From the human T2T-CHM13v2.0 reference genome, Homo sapiens, in assembly GCF_009914755.1 (NCBI RefSeq), contig NC_060931.1: DNA of 64,000 bases; one strand, given 5' to 3'. This document shows, one piece after another, positions 27,961 to 42,239 of this stretch (positions are counted from its first letter, which is position 1; the number at the start of each line of letters is the position of its first letter). Below the pieces are notes generated by a model. The model ran no database searches and was not told the DNA's origin. It saw only the letters and a program-made list of their open reading frames with translations. Both the position numbers and the translations under genes were made by a program.

Positions 27961-30774
27961 TGTTGGCTGGGCCATGCCGGGCTGAGGGCTTCCTTGCCTT
28001 GCTCTGTACCTGCTCCCACATGGGCCACCAGGCTAGTGTCTGTGAGCCCTGCCAGGCTGAGCAGGGAAGGGCACACACTCCCTATAGAGCTGGGCAGGGC
28101 AGGGCCCCAGAAAGCGGCCCCTCTTGGCTGGCTGACCCTGCTGCCCAGGCCTCTGGGGAAGATTCGGGAGCAGAGACAGCAGAAAAGGATGGGGCAAGGG
28201 AGGGGAAAGGCCAGTGGCCTCGTCACACATGAGCAGCTGTGGGCCTGAGGCCAAGCCCTTCCTTTGGGCAGGGAGCTCAGCGCCACCTGACTGGGTGCCA
28301 GTGGCTGCAGCTTTAAATAAACTTGGACATGTCCACCTGGGGCCAGGAAGCAACACCAACTGTGCCCTGGGCAGGCACTGTCAACAACCAGCCAGCATAA
28401 CAACCAAGGGACCCCAGCGCTGCAAATGGGCTGAGTGCCCACAACTGAGCCCTGGCCTCAGACATCCCCCTTAGGTGCCCTGCTCTGCCCTCCCAGCTCC
28501 CTGGCCCACCTCTATGGCACGGCTGCACCCCCGAGGAATCGGTCCCTTCCCTACCCAAGAGCCGCCACAGCAGGGCAGTGGTAGGCCCTTGGCGTCGCCA
28601 GGGACCCGGCGCCTAGCAGGGCTCCACAAAGGTGCACTAGGCTGAGCTGCCTGCTCCTGGCTTGGGCATCTCCTCTTGTCCCAGGTCATGGGGCTCCCCT
28701 CGATGCCAGGCCCCACTCCTCACCTCGCAATGCATGGCTCCCAGTGCTTTCGCTCAGGAGGCCACACTCGCTCCTTTCCAGCAGCAGCTCATTCTCTGGC
28801 TTGACAGAGAAGCCCAGCAGTCTTAGCCCCACCTGGTCTCCACCTCTGGAGCCACCTCTCTCAACCTTCCCCAGGCAGCCCCAAAGACCTCCATTCCCCA
28901 GTGTGGGTGGCACTGGCCAGGACATCCAGCTGCGCTGGAATCGGAGGCTCAGCGGGGAGCTGGCCACCCGGACACTGCCGCTGGACGCAGGGAGGCTCGC
29001 AGCAAAGGGAAGAAGGAACAGCCAGAGTGAGCTGCAGTCTGAGGACACTGGGTGCACATGGGGAGGTCTTGAAAGTGGCTTCTTTGGAGAAGACCAGGGA
29101 CACCTGCTGTGAGGGCCTCTGTGCTTCTGAGCGCAAGCAGAAAAGACAACAAGAAGGCTCCTGAGGAAAGACTGACTTCCCACTGTTGCTCTCTTCCTCA
29201 GAGAACCAGGCACATTAACTGCCACCCACCTGCCCCTCCAGTGGCCAGGACACCTCTGGAGGCCAAGAGGACAGACGGGGGTAGATCGGTGCATCTGAGG
29301 GGTGAAGACCGGGGAGCCAGCCACCCACTCAGGGATCCGCATGAAGGGGGCTGGGCTCGCCCTCTCCCTCGAGGTCTCAGCCCTGTGGTGCTCTCCAGAT
29401 CCACCCAAGGAAGGGTCCCCCAGCCAGCCTGGCCCCCCACCCCACCCATCCAGCATGGGCTTCTTGCAGGGCTGGGCTCCACATCCCTAACCCCTACCAG
29501 AATTCTCTCCACACGTGCAGGGAGAAGTGGGGAATGAACACACCCCCACACTCCTCCAGCTCCGCACTCCACAATTATCAATGATCAGCGTCCCTCACCC
29601 ACCACAAGGTTTCACCAGACACTTATTTAGTAAAGGAAAAAAAGGATCTGTTGCTGGATGTGTAAGAGGAAATCTCGCCAGCACCGCCAGCGCCCCCACC
29701 GCCTGCACTGAAGGGACGGAGGAGGATGGGGGAGGACGCAGGAGGATGGGGCTCTGGCCCAGTCAGGCTGGAGATTCAGGAGTTCTGAAGCTAGCCCTAG
29801 GGATGCCAGGTGCAGCCACCTTGATTCTCAGAACGGGAGACCCCAGGCCAGACAGGAGGCCCCTGAGGCGCTCCCCATCTCACCCCAGGGGCAAAGCCGG
29901 GTCCGGGGACCACGAACCAGACCTTCGCCCTACACTGCTCATACTGCCAAGGAGAGAACGGGAGCCACAGCACCTGTTCCCCGTGAGGTCCCACTTCAAA
30001 CAAACCTTCAAAGCCCCTTCCCCTTTAGGGCGCCCCCGCCAACAGTCCAAAATCCAGCCCCCATCCACCTCGATGACCCTGAAATTTGCAATCCAGTCAG
30101 GCTCTTAGTCTCTCCCCGCTATCCCCATGACCTGATCCAGGCTCCCTGACCTCGTCCTCCCCACACCTCCAAATTCCTGTTTCCAGAAGAATCTGGGGGA
30201 AAATCCTCCAGAACCCAGATTCCCCAGGGGACCTACAGCAGAGGCTCTCCCACGCCGGCACCCCCAGCGCGGATGGGGCCACGCGCAGGAGCAGGCGCAA
30301 GCAGGTCCCGCCACCCCCGCCGCCTGCCGCTCGGGTGGGGGTGGGGACAGCGCACCCGCGTCGGGGACGACCCTCTGGGGCCGCAGCCGACCCCTCCCGG
30401 CGCTCCAGGCCCGGGGGCCACCCCCGCGCGCCCCTCCTCTCTGACCTCCCCGCCGCCAAATGCGTCACGTCTGCCGGGCGCTCCGGGGACACCTGCTGCC
30501 GCCCCCGCCGCGCCAAGTCGCGAGCCCGGAGCCCCGGCCCGGCAGCCGCGCTGGGCAGAGCTGGGCAGGGCCGCGCGCGCTGAGGTCAGGCAGCCAGGCC
30601 CGGGGCCGGGGGCTCGCGGGTCGGGGCCGCGCGGGGCCGTGCGCTTGGGCCCGGAGCCCAGAGAAGCCGGCGGCGCGCGGGCCCGCAGTGCGCCTGGAGC
30701 CGGCGGCGCGGAGGGTCCCGGAGGTCCCGGCCCTCTGGGGTCCCCGGCCCAGCCCGCGCGCGCCGCTGCTCTTA

Positions 30775-31077
<303 letters not shown>

Positions 31078-32804
31078 TCACCGCCGCCGCCGCCGCGCCC
31101 GCCCCGCCCGCCGCCCCCTGCACGCGCCTTCCCCGCGCCCTGCACACGCTGCTCCTGCACCCGCACCCGCAGGGCACCGGCGCCCTGCATCTGCACACGC
31201 GCCCTGCACACACACCCTTGCCCCGCACCCGCAACGCACCTGCACCTGCACCTGCACTCACACGCGCGCCCGCCCCCGCCCGCCCCCGCACCCCACACAC
31301 ACACCCGCGCCCTGTACTGACGCCTTCATCCTCTACCCGCACCACGCCCGCACCTCGCGCACGCAGGCCACTTGCTGCTGCCGACCCCTCGCTCTCACAT
31401 AACACAGAAGAGTGCACATAATGAACGCAGCCTCCTCTCTCTCTCTCGAAGGCCCACCTAGCCTGACAGCAGGAGGGGACTGGGGCCCACATGGAGGTAG
31501 AGGGCTCATGTGCTGCCCTCCACAGGACTCATTCCTCACACCCTCAGGAAGAGATGCTGCCAGATCCCTTCTGCCCAGTCTCCATCAGCCACACATGCCC
31601 CAAAGGCTGCCTGGCCAGGAGGAACCGCCCAGAAGGCAGTGTACACACTGGGTCACTAGCATGAGAAAGTGAAAGGGTGGGGCCTGCCCCCTCCCCTTGG
31701 CCCCAGCCCCTCCCTTCCCCCTCACTTCTCCAAAGACTGGTTGCTGGGTTGTCTGGAATGGAGGTCCCAGGAGGCAACATTCGGAGTCCAGACCAACGGA
31801 CCCTGAGCCAGGGGAACAGGGGCTGCTCCACCAGCAATTTGGGGGGCCTGAGAGCTCACAGCCACCCTGATCAGGTAAAGGTGCACATTCTCTCCTTTTC
31901 CAGCACGGTCCACCTGCCTGCCCCCTGCTTTTGCCTGGAGGAGGAGGGCCCACACACCCCAACCCCCTCCTGAAAGCAGCCAAGGAGGAGGAGAGTGCAG
32001 GGAGGCAGGCAGGAGGCAGGGCGACCCGGTTTCCCACAAAACAGCCTTCCCTGAGGCCTGGCACCAGGGCTGCTGTCCAGAACCGGGACTTTAGACCACT
32101 GGGCTCCAGCATCCCCACACTCTTCTCTGACGGGGTCCATCCTGGGCAGGCTCTGAGGAGGGGGTTTCCAGCAGCCAGCTCTGGATTTGGGTCACGCTGC
32201 TGCCCTGATATGACTTCCTTACTGCTCCCCAAGGACCAATTCTGGGCCTATCCTGCTCATCCCTCTCACCTCGTGGCCAGCCCAGGGCAAGCCCCAGAAG
32301 CCACAATAAATGTCATGTGGATAAGGGAGGGGATAAAGGCATTCTGAGTGCTGGCAGCCAGGGCCCTTCTGGGCCAGGATGCATTTGGCATGGGACTGCT
32401 GGGCAATTAGTAGACCACACGGCAACAAGTCCCTGCCATCGACCCACCTGCACCCAGAAGACACTAGAGGACGAGAAATTCTCAGGCCAAAGGCAAATGC
32501 TGGGCCACCTGGGGAAGTCCCCAGCTGAGGAAGCAGAGGGATCCTGGCCTTGACTTCAGCAGGACCATAGCAGGAAGGGAGACCCCGTCTATGTCAGACT
32601 TGGACTCAGAGAATCCTGGGCCATCCTAACAGACAGACTGGCATGGGCTCGAGAAAGGACTGGAGGCCAAGTCTGAGGTTTGTTCTTGGCGTTGTGTTTA
32701 ACCCCACAGGAGTTTCTTCCAGCACCTGCTGGATGCATCCATATTTTCCCTTTCTGAGCTCTGGAAAGACGAGGTAGGGCCACACAACAGAATACAAATA
32801 ACAA

Positions 32805-32960
32805 GCCAAGCACGGTGGCTCACGCCTGTAACAAGCTCACAGTGGCTCACAGCCCCAGCTATGTGGGCCAGGCTGGTCTCAAACTCCTGACCTCAGGTGA
32901 TCCACCCACCTCGGCCTCCCAAAGTGCTAGGATTACAGGCATGAGCCACTGCACCCGGCC
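32805..32960. mobile_element. Rearranged Alu remnant: + strand Alu head, short duplicated filler, then a minus-strand Alu left arm
   Basis: GCCAAGCACGGTGGCTCACGCCTGTAA (32805-32831), then filler, then GGCCAGGCTGGTCTC...GCACCCGGCC (to 32960). Confidence 0.85.
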
Positions 32961-33879
32961 GAGGTCACCTTTCAAAAGTTGAGAAGCTGCCCAGGACCAG
33001 GGTTACACAAGAATGTGGGGTCACTAAGAGATGCAATTTGAGATTCATTGTATCCTATACTTCTTCCCGCCTTTTGTACCTGTTAGCACCTGGGACCCCC
33101 AGGCAGTCCCTCCTCCGAGCTGAAATATTAGAGGTATGAAGCAGAGCTACCCTGGCGAGCGCAGGAAGGTTGGCATGATTGGGCACCAGACAGTGGGGAA
33201 GGGCTGGGCTATCAGAGGCAGCCAGACTGTCCCTACCCAGACAGCTTGACCCCACACTAACACTCAAAAAACAGCCCAGTCCCCACCCTCAGACCCAGAC
33301 GGCTTCTCCCTATCATAGGAAAATGGGTAGAAGGGAGAAAGACTTCCAGCCATGACTCTCTGGTCCCAGATTCCAGAAGCCCTCTCATCTGGCTTTGGCT
33401 CTGGTCAGAGAGGCCCAGACTTCCCCCTCTTCCCACCCCTGCCTTCAGGAAGGGCCCACTTCCACCCCAACCCCCGTGTCATCTCTGCCTCCCACCTTGT
33501 CCTTTCAAGCTTGCTTTCGTAAGCGAGGAGGGCTCTCCCTCCCAGGTGGCAGCTGGGGAGGGTGTGGGGAATATCAGTTCTGGGAGGTTATTGTTAGGAC
33601 GGTCACCATGGCAACAAGCATCACATCTGCAGAGCCAAAAGTGCTGCACATGGGGTTCATTATCCCAAAGAAAGCCACGCCTCCCCTGTCCCCCTCACCT
33701 CCAGGGACTGCTGTCATGTGGAAGGGTGTCACTGCACCTCCTCTCTCAGGCCCAGCCATCCACCAGGGAGAGCAGGCTGTGGTTCCCAGAGCAGGAAGAC
33801 CCTAGTCCATCCATCTCCCATCATCTGGCCCTTGACATGGCAGCCCATACAGGACACAGTGGCAAGCACATGGAGTGGC

Positions 33880-34480
33880 TATGGTGGTGATGGTTACGAT
33901 AATGATGGTAATGATGGTGGTGGTGGTGGTGATAATGATAATGATGGTAATGGTGGTGCTGGTGGTGGTGGTAGTGATGGTGGTGATGATAGTGATGGTG
34001 GTAAGGGTGGTGGTGATGGTGGTGGTGGTGATGGTAGTGATGATAATGATAATGATAGTGTTGGTGGTGATGGTGGTGGTGATAGTGGTGGTGGTGGTGA
34101 TGATGGTGGTGGTGGTGATGGTAGTGCTGCTGATGGTGGTGGTGGTGGTAATGGTGGTGGTGGTAATGGTGATGGTGATGATGGTAATAGTGGTGGGGAT
34201 GGCGATGGTGGTGGTGGTTATGATAATGATGGTAATGCTGATGCTGGTGGTGGTGATGGTGGTAGTGATGGCCGTGGTGATAGTTGTGTCAATGGTGGTG
34301 GTGGTGTCAATGGTGGTGGTGATAATGATAATGATGGTGTTGGTGACAATGATGGTGATGGTCATGGTGGTGGTGATGGTGGTGCTGCTGATGGTGGTGG
34401 TGGTGGGGATGGTGATGGTGGTGGTGATAATGATGGTGTTGGTGACAATGATGATGGTGGTGATGGTGATGGTGATGATG
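33880..34480 (+). repeat. Degenerate (GGT/GAT/AAT)n trinucleotide tract, ~600 bp
   Basis: Directly visible; phase is preserved throughout. Confidence 0.95.
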
Positions 34481-34489
34481 AAGGCCATA

Positions 34490-35080
34490 GCTACAATTTA
34501 CAATTCACTCATCACCTGCCCTAAACCATTCTAAAAGTCCAACATCCACCATTTTGAATAAACTTCATAGCATTATCATTGCCTCCCTTTTACAAATGAG
34601 GAAATTGAGACACAGACTCTAACTGGCCTCAGGTCAGACAGCTAGTTTAGTATTGGCATCTGGATCTGCCTGACTTTGTGGCTGGTTCCTTTAACCACTG
34701 TGTCCTGCTTAGGGGTGTCCACCAGCCTTCTTTGTGCAGTTACTGTGTGCCCAGCTCTGTCCAGGCACTCAGTCACATCAGGGAATGAGATAGAAAAGGA
34801 TTCTGCCTTTGCAGAGCTTGATAACAAGCAAACAAGAATGCATCTAGTACTCATGTTGTATGTAGATTTAAAACAAAGTGGTGTGCTAGAGAGTGACAGG
34901 GTGGCAACTTCAGAGTGGAAGTCCATGGAAGAGCTTTCTGAGGAGGTGATGTCTAAGCTGAAGTCTGAATGAAACAGAGAGGCTACCCTTGAGAGCCAAA
35001 GGGCAGGGTGTTGGCAGAAGAGGCTGCCATGCAAAGGCCCTGTGGCAGGCACTAGCTGGTGTGTTTAGGGAATGAAGACG
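34490..35080 (-). mobile_element. MIR (~34490-34700) followed by an L2 fragment (~34730-35080)
   Basis: TTTTACAAATGAGGAAATTGAGACACAGA (MIR); TACTGTGTGCCCAG...CTTTCTGAGGAGGTGATGTCTAAGCTGAAG (L2). Confidence 0.7.
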
Positions 35081-36369
35081 GTGGGGAAGAGGGTGAAGCA
35101 GTCAGACCCAGCAAGGGCATTTTGTCAGTGGCTTATTGGCAGATGTCACCTGAGTCCTCCAAGGGATTTGGAACCACCTTGATGACTAACAAGCAAAGTG
35201 ATAAAGCCAACTAACCATTATGGCCCTGGGCCGGGAGCAGCATCCACAGGCTTGGCTCAGAGGCTTGGCCCGAGAACATAGGGTGAGAACCCCCTAGACT
35301 TCCTCCCTTCTCACCAAGCATCCAAGCATAAGTTGGACACCAGCACCTGTCCCGGAGATACTGTGCCCTTGGGCAAAGGGAGGGAAGTGAGAGCAACCCC
35401 TGCTAAGTCTGCTGCCAGGCTGAGGCTCTGGGCCACCCCCCCCTCTGCTGGCTGGGGCTCCCTGGAGCACCCCTGGCACTCTCTGGCTACCAGGCGAGGT
35501 GGACCCTTCCTGACTGACCCCACCTTAGCTGTCCTCATTGGTGTCACCTCCATCCTCCTGGAGTTGCCTCAGGCCCTAGGCCCCAGAAGTCCAGGCACTG
35601 TCCCAGCCCAGGCAGGCCCCCAACGCAGGTATATCTAGCAGCTAGGAGTAGTTAGGCTGATAGGAGCAGGTCCCAGATGGCCCATAAGTGGCTCCCAGAT
35701 CCTCCTTCCCTGTAGTGGACACCAGGGATTTGTCATCGTGGAAATGGCCTCCTAGCATGTGTCAGAAGACTCTGCACTCAGGCCCCTTCCATCCCACCCT
35801 GTGTAGCTTCCAACTGCAGGCACAAAGGCTGTGCTAAAGCAGAAAGCCTGGCTACCAGCCTGGAGTTCCCAGCATGGACACAGGCCTGTGTGCACCAGCC
35901 AGGGCTAACACAAGGCAGCCATTCCCCTAAGCATCAGGGGTGGCACCTGGGGTGGTCGCAAAGCCCTCAGGAACCAAGCTGCCTCCAGCTTTCTGCTCCT
36001 GCATCTGGCGCTGGCCCTCTTCCTGGAGCTCTGACATGGAGATTTAGCTGTCATATCCATGTTCCCAGCAGCAGGATAGAGAAAGGGAGGGGGAATGGTG
36101 GGCACTGGTCAACTTTCTGCCACATGACCCCGCTGACAGCTGAATCACGTGCTTTCATTTGGCTGCAAGGGAGGCTGGGTTGTGGGGTGTCTATGACTGA
36201 AGAAGTGGAGAAGGATGGTGGGGAAAATGTGGCTTTTGCCGCCTCGTCCATGCAGTGCCTCGCTCATTCTCCAGCCCTCGCTGCTAAGGAACCAAAGTCC
36301 AGGGAGCACAAGGCAGCTGTTTCTGGGTTCTGCCTTGTGATAGGAGCTAATATCTAATTGCTGTTAGGA

Positions 36370-37360
<991 letters not shown>

Positions 37361-37932
37361 ACATGAAATGTATGTTCATATGCCATATGGAGAATATACT
37401 TTTTTCAGTCACATGGAAGAGCCTAGTACTAGGAGACAAGTACTAGGAGACAAAGTACTAGGAGACAAAGGAAATTGAAAAAAAAAATTCTACAAAAGCA
37501 GGAATCACTGCAATAAAAGTAAAAAGAAATAACTAAAGGAAAGCCAAATAAATCCGCTCAGCAGGAAATTTACATGACAGAATGTGGAGACTACAGAAAT
37601 GAAACTTAGAAACAAACATGCGCAGGCTGGAATGCAGTGGCGTGATCTCTGTGTTACAAGCCTGGCCAAAGCCATCAGAGGAGATGTCACAGGCCATCGT
37701 GCCCTTATCAGACAGCAGGCAAGACTGAAAATAAACTAAGGCTTACCACTCAAGAAGCTAGACATGAATAGCAAAACAACCCCAAGAAAGGTGAAAGGAT
37801 GAGCGTGATAATGCCAAACAGAAATTAATGAAAGAAAAACAATCATTACCACAACTAATCAGTAATACAAACGCTAGATCTTTGGGAAAAAAAATTAAAG
37901 AGTAAAATAGACAAACCTGACAAGTCTGGCTA

Positions 37933-39535
<1,603 letters not shown>

Positions 39536-40064
39536 TTAGATGATGTCAAGCATCCGTGCAGGTTCAAGAAGGGCCAGTGCTGAGGCTGCCCCGCAGCTCT
39601 GAGCAATGGAGAACGAGGGCCACCCTGATTTCTCCCCTCCCTGGGGCCCATCTGCAGGACCCAATGCAATGCCAATGGAGCAGGCCAGGAAGTGCTGTGG
39701 GTTTTGTAAGACAGCCTGCGCTGGGTACTGGATGCCCTGTGGGCTCAGTTATTCAGGGTTTCAGAGGAAAGAAGGAATTTGTAATAAAGATATGCACAGC
39801 AGTGCTATTTATAACCAAGAAAACTGGAAACAACCCAAATTGCCCCCCGCAGGGGACTGGCCTGGCAGAAACAACGGAGCGAGTGGATGGAGATGTGGGG
39901 CCACGTGACAAGTGGGAAGGGAGGAAGCTCCGTGGATACAGAGCCTCCTGCGTGGGGGACGCCAAATATAATGCAGTTTGTACACAGCCACCGTAATTAT
40001 GGAAAGCTACACGCATGGACATACTTACAGGTGTCAGGCAACAGCAAGCAGAAAATAGCCAGGG

Positions 40065-40260
40065 CGATTACAGTCAGAGCCAGCATTTCTTGAGTGCTTC
40101 CTGTATGCCAGACACGTTATTACCAGCAGCACTTTGCAAATGAGGACACTGGGGCCCTGAATGGTTAAGTAACTTGCCTGAAGACAAACAGCAGTAGGGA
40201 AGGAGGTAGGAGGCCGCTGGCATCCAAGGTCTGCTATCACCGGCTCTATGCCAGCATGCC
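40065..40260 (-). mobile_element. MIR
   Basis: GCATTTCTTGAGTGCTTCCTGTATGCCAGACAC...AAATGAGGACACTG...GGTTAAGTAACTTGCC. Confidence 0.75.
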
Positions 40261-42239
40261 TCCCCCTACCCCAGGTCCTGGCCAGGCCTGGGGGCGGCAA
40301 TAAACCACTTGTTCTAATTGCACAGGGGTCAAGATGATGCAAACAGCGCTTGCAGCTCATGGGGCCTTCCTCCCAGAGAGACGACTCCTACACTCTGAGT
40401 TCCACTGCCTCCCCCACCAGAAATACTGGTGTGGGTAGAATGGAGTGGGAGGCAGCACATCTTAAAGCTGCATTTTCTCCCCCTGGAGAGTGTCGTACGC
40501 ACTCCCTCTTGTCCTTCAGGGATTCCCCTCGGTTGACTCTGAAGCAGGCGCCGCCCTTGGGGCCCTTTCTTGGAGATGACCCCCGCTGCCTGGAGTTCAG
40601 GGTCTCCCACTCTGACACTCATCCCTCGGTTGCTGGACGCTCCCTTGGTCCTGGAGTCCTGGTAACCCTGGCAAAGCCAGTGGATGGAGGAGGGGACGGT
40701 GGTAGAGCCTGAGGCCCCCAGCGTGGAGTGGCCCCAGCCTGGCCGGGCTCCTGCCAGGGCCTCAGTCCGGGGGCACGTTTGCCCTGCTGGGCTCCTGCCT
40801 GCACTTGGCCCTCCTCTGTAGCCTCCACAGAAGCTTGGCACAATGAACACAGCCCTCCTGCCCCCTTTCCCAGTCCCTGCCCCCATGTCCCACCTCCACA
40901 TCCCCAGCCTGGCAGGCCACTGAGACTTAGGGACTCTGATACAGAATGGTCACAAAAGGGGACTCCCAGGGAGGAAAGAATAAATGGCCCATGAAGTGTA
41001 TGGGCACGTGGTGCCCTTCAGGTGAACACAGCCAGGTTGGGCTGTGGCCTTGTTCTTTTTTTTCTGTGACCCCTCTCTGAATGCCCCTCAGTCTCTGGCC
41101 TGGCCGGGGCATCTGCCACACACCTGGAGGGAGGACTTCGGCTGGCGTCTCAGCAGGCTGGCCAGTGGGCCCAGACCCTCACAGGGGCCAGCTGCATGAC
41201 AGCCAGCAGACTCAGGTAGAGCCTGAAGTAGCCCTGATAATGGGCTACTCAACCTACTCAACCTCCAGGCTACTCAACCTCCAGGCTGGGGTGCCCCTCA
41301 TGCTAGCACAGCCCCTGGGGCCTGGAGGGCAATGGACAGCTCCTGCCTCCCACCTACTTAGGTTTCTACCCAGTGGCTCTCCCTCAGAGCCTCCTACCAG
41401 GACTGTGGGCCTCTGCAGGAATTGGGTAGGTCCGGGTCCCCTCCACAAGCTCCCAGGGATCTTCTAAACCCCTCCTCAACTTCCCTCTCCCCAACACTTC
41501 CCCCTGACCCCAGAGAGAAATTGCTAGGGGGCCAGGCCTAACTACTGTTTTACCACACCCTGGAAACTCCATATGTAGCAACCTCAGCTTTGTAGCCACT
41601 ATCCATGCTAACAGTGCTAACAGGAGCTATCATGTATTGGCGGGGGGCTAGAGGACATCCATTTGGAATAATATTTCAGAATCAGGACTTGGTGGCCTAC
41701 TGCAAGTGAGAAGTGAGTGTGGAGGGGCTGGGGCTGCATGGATCTCTCCTATTTTTCTATAATGGCAGGATAAAGGGAAAACGAAAAGGAGGAACAGGTA
41801 TGGGGTACAGATATTAAATTCCAATTAGGGAGTGTAGTGTTTAAGGGCCTCCTAAATATCCACTACCTGCAGTATCAGTGAAAATATGGCCTAGAGGCCA
41901 AGATAAAGAGAAGAATTGAAGGCACAGGCGGGAGAATGATCAATAGAAGGAAGGATTGAGTTGCAGTCTAGTGAGTGTCACAGGAGGAGAGAAAAGGGCT
42001 CATAAGGGGTCTCTGAGGGAGGCGGCATCAAGGAGATGGTTTGAGGAAGGGGTGATTAAGGAGACAAAGAAAGAGCAAGTAAAGGGGCGGGGGCAAATCC
42101 AGGAGAGAAGAGTGTCATGGAAGCTGGGTCGAGAAGTCTCCAGGCAGAGAAACGCCAGAGGCTGGGTTGCAGTAGGTCAAGGAGGGCATGGACAAATTGG
42201 ATGTGGAAACAAGCATCACCTTCTCCAGCCAAAATCACT

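Noticed and set aside
33718-34534. Gly/Asp-, Val/Met- and Thr/Ile-rich long ORFs
   Set aside because: By-products of the trinucleotide tract; not credible genes.
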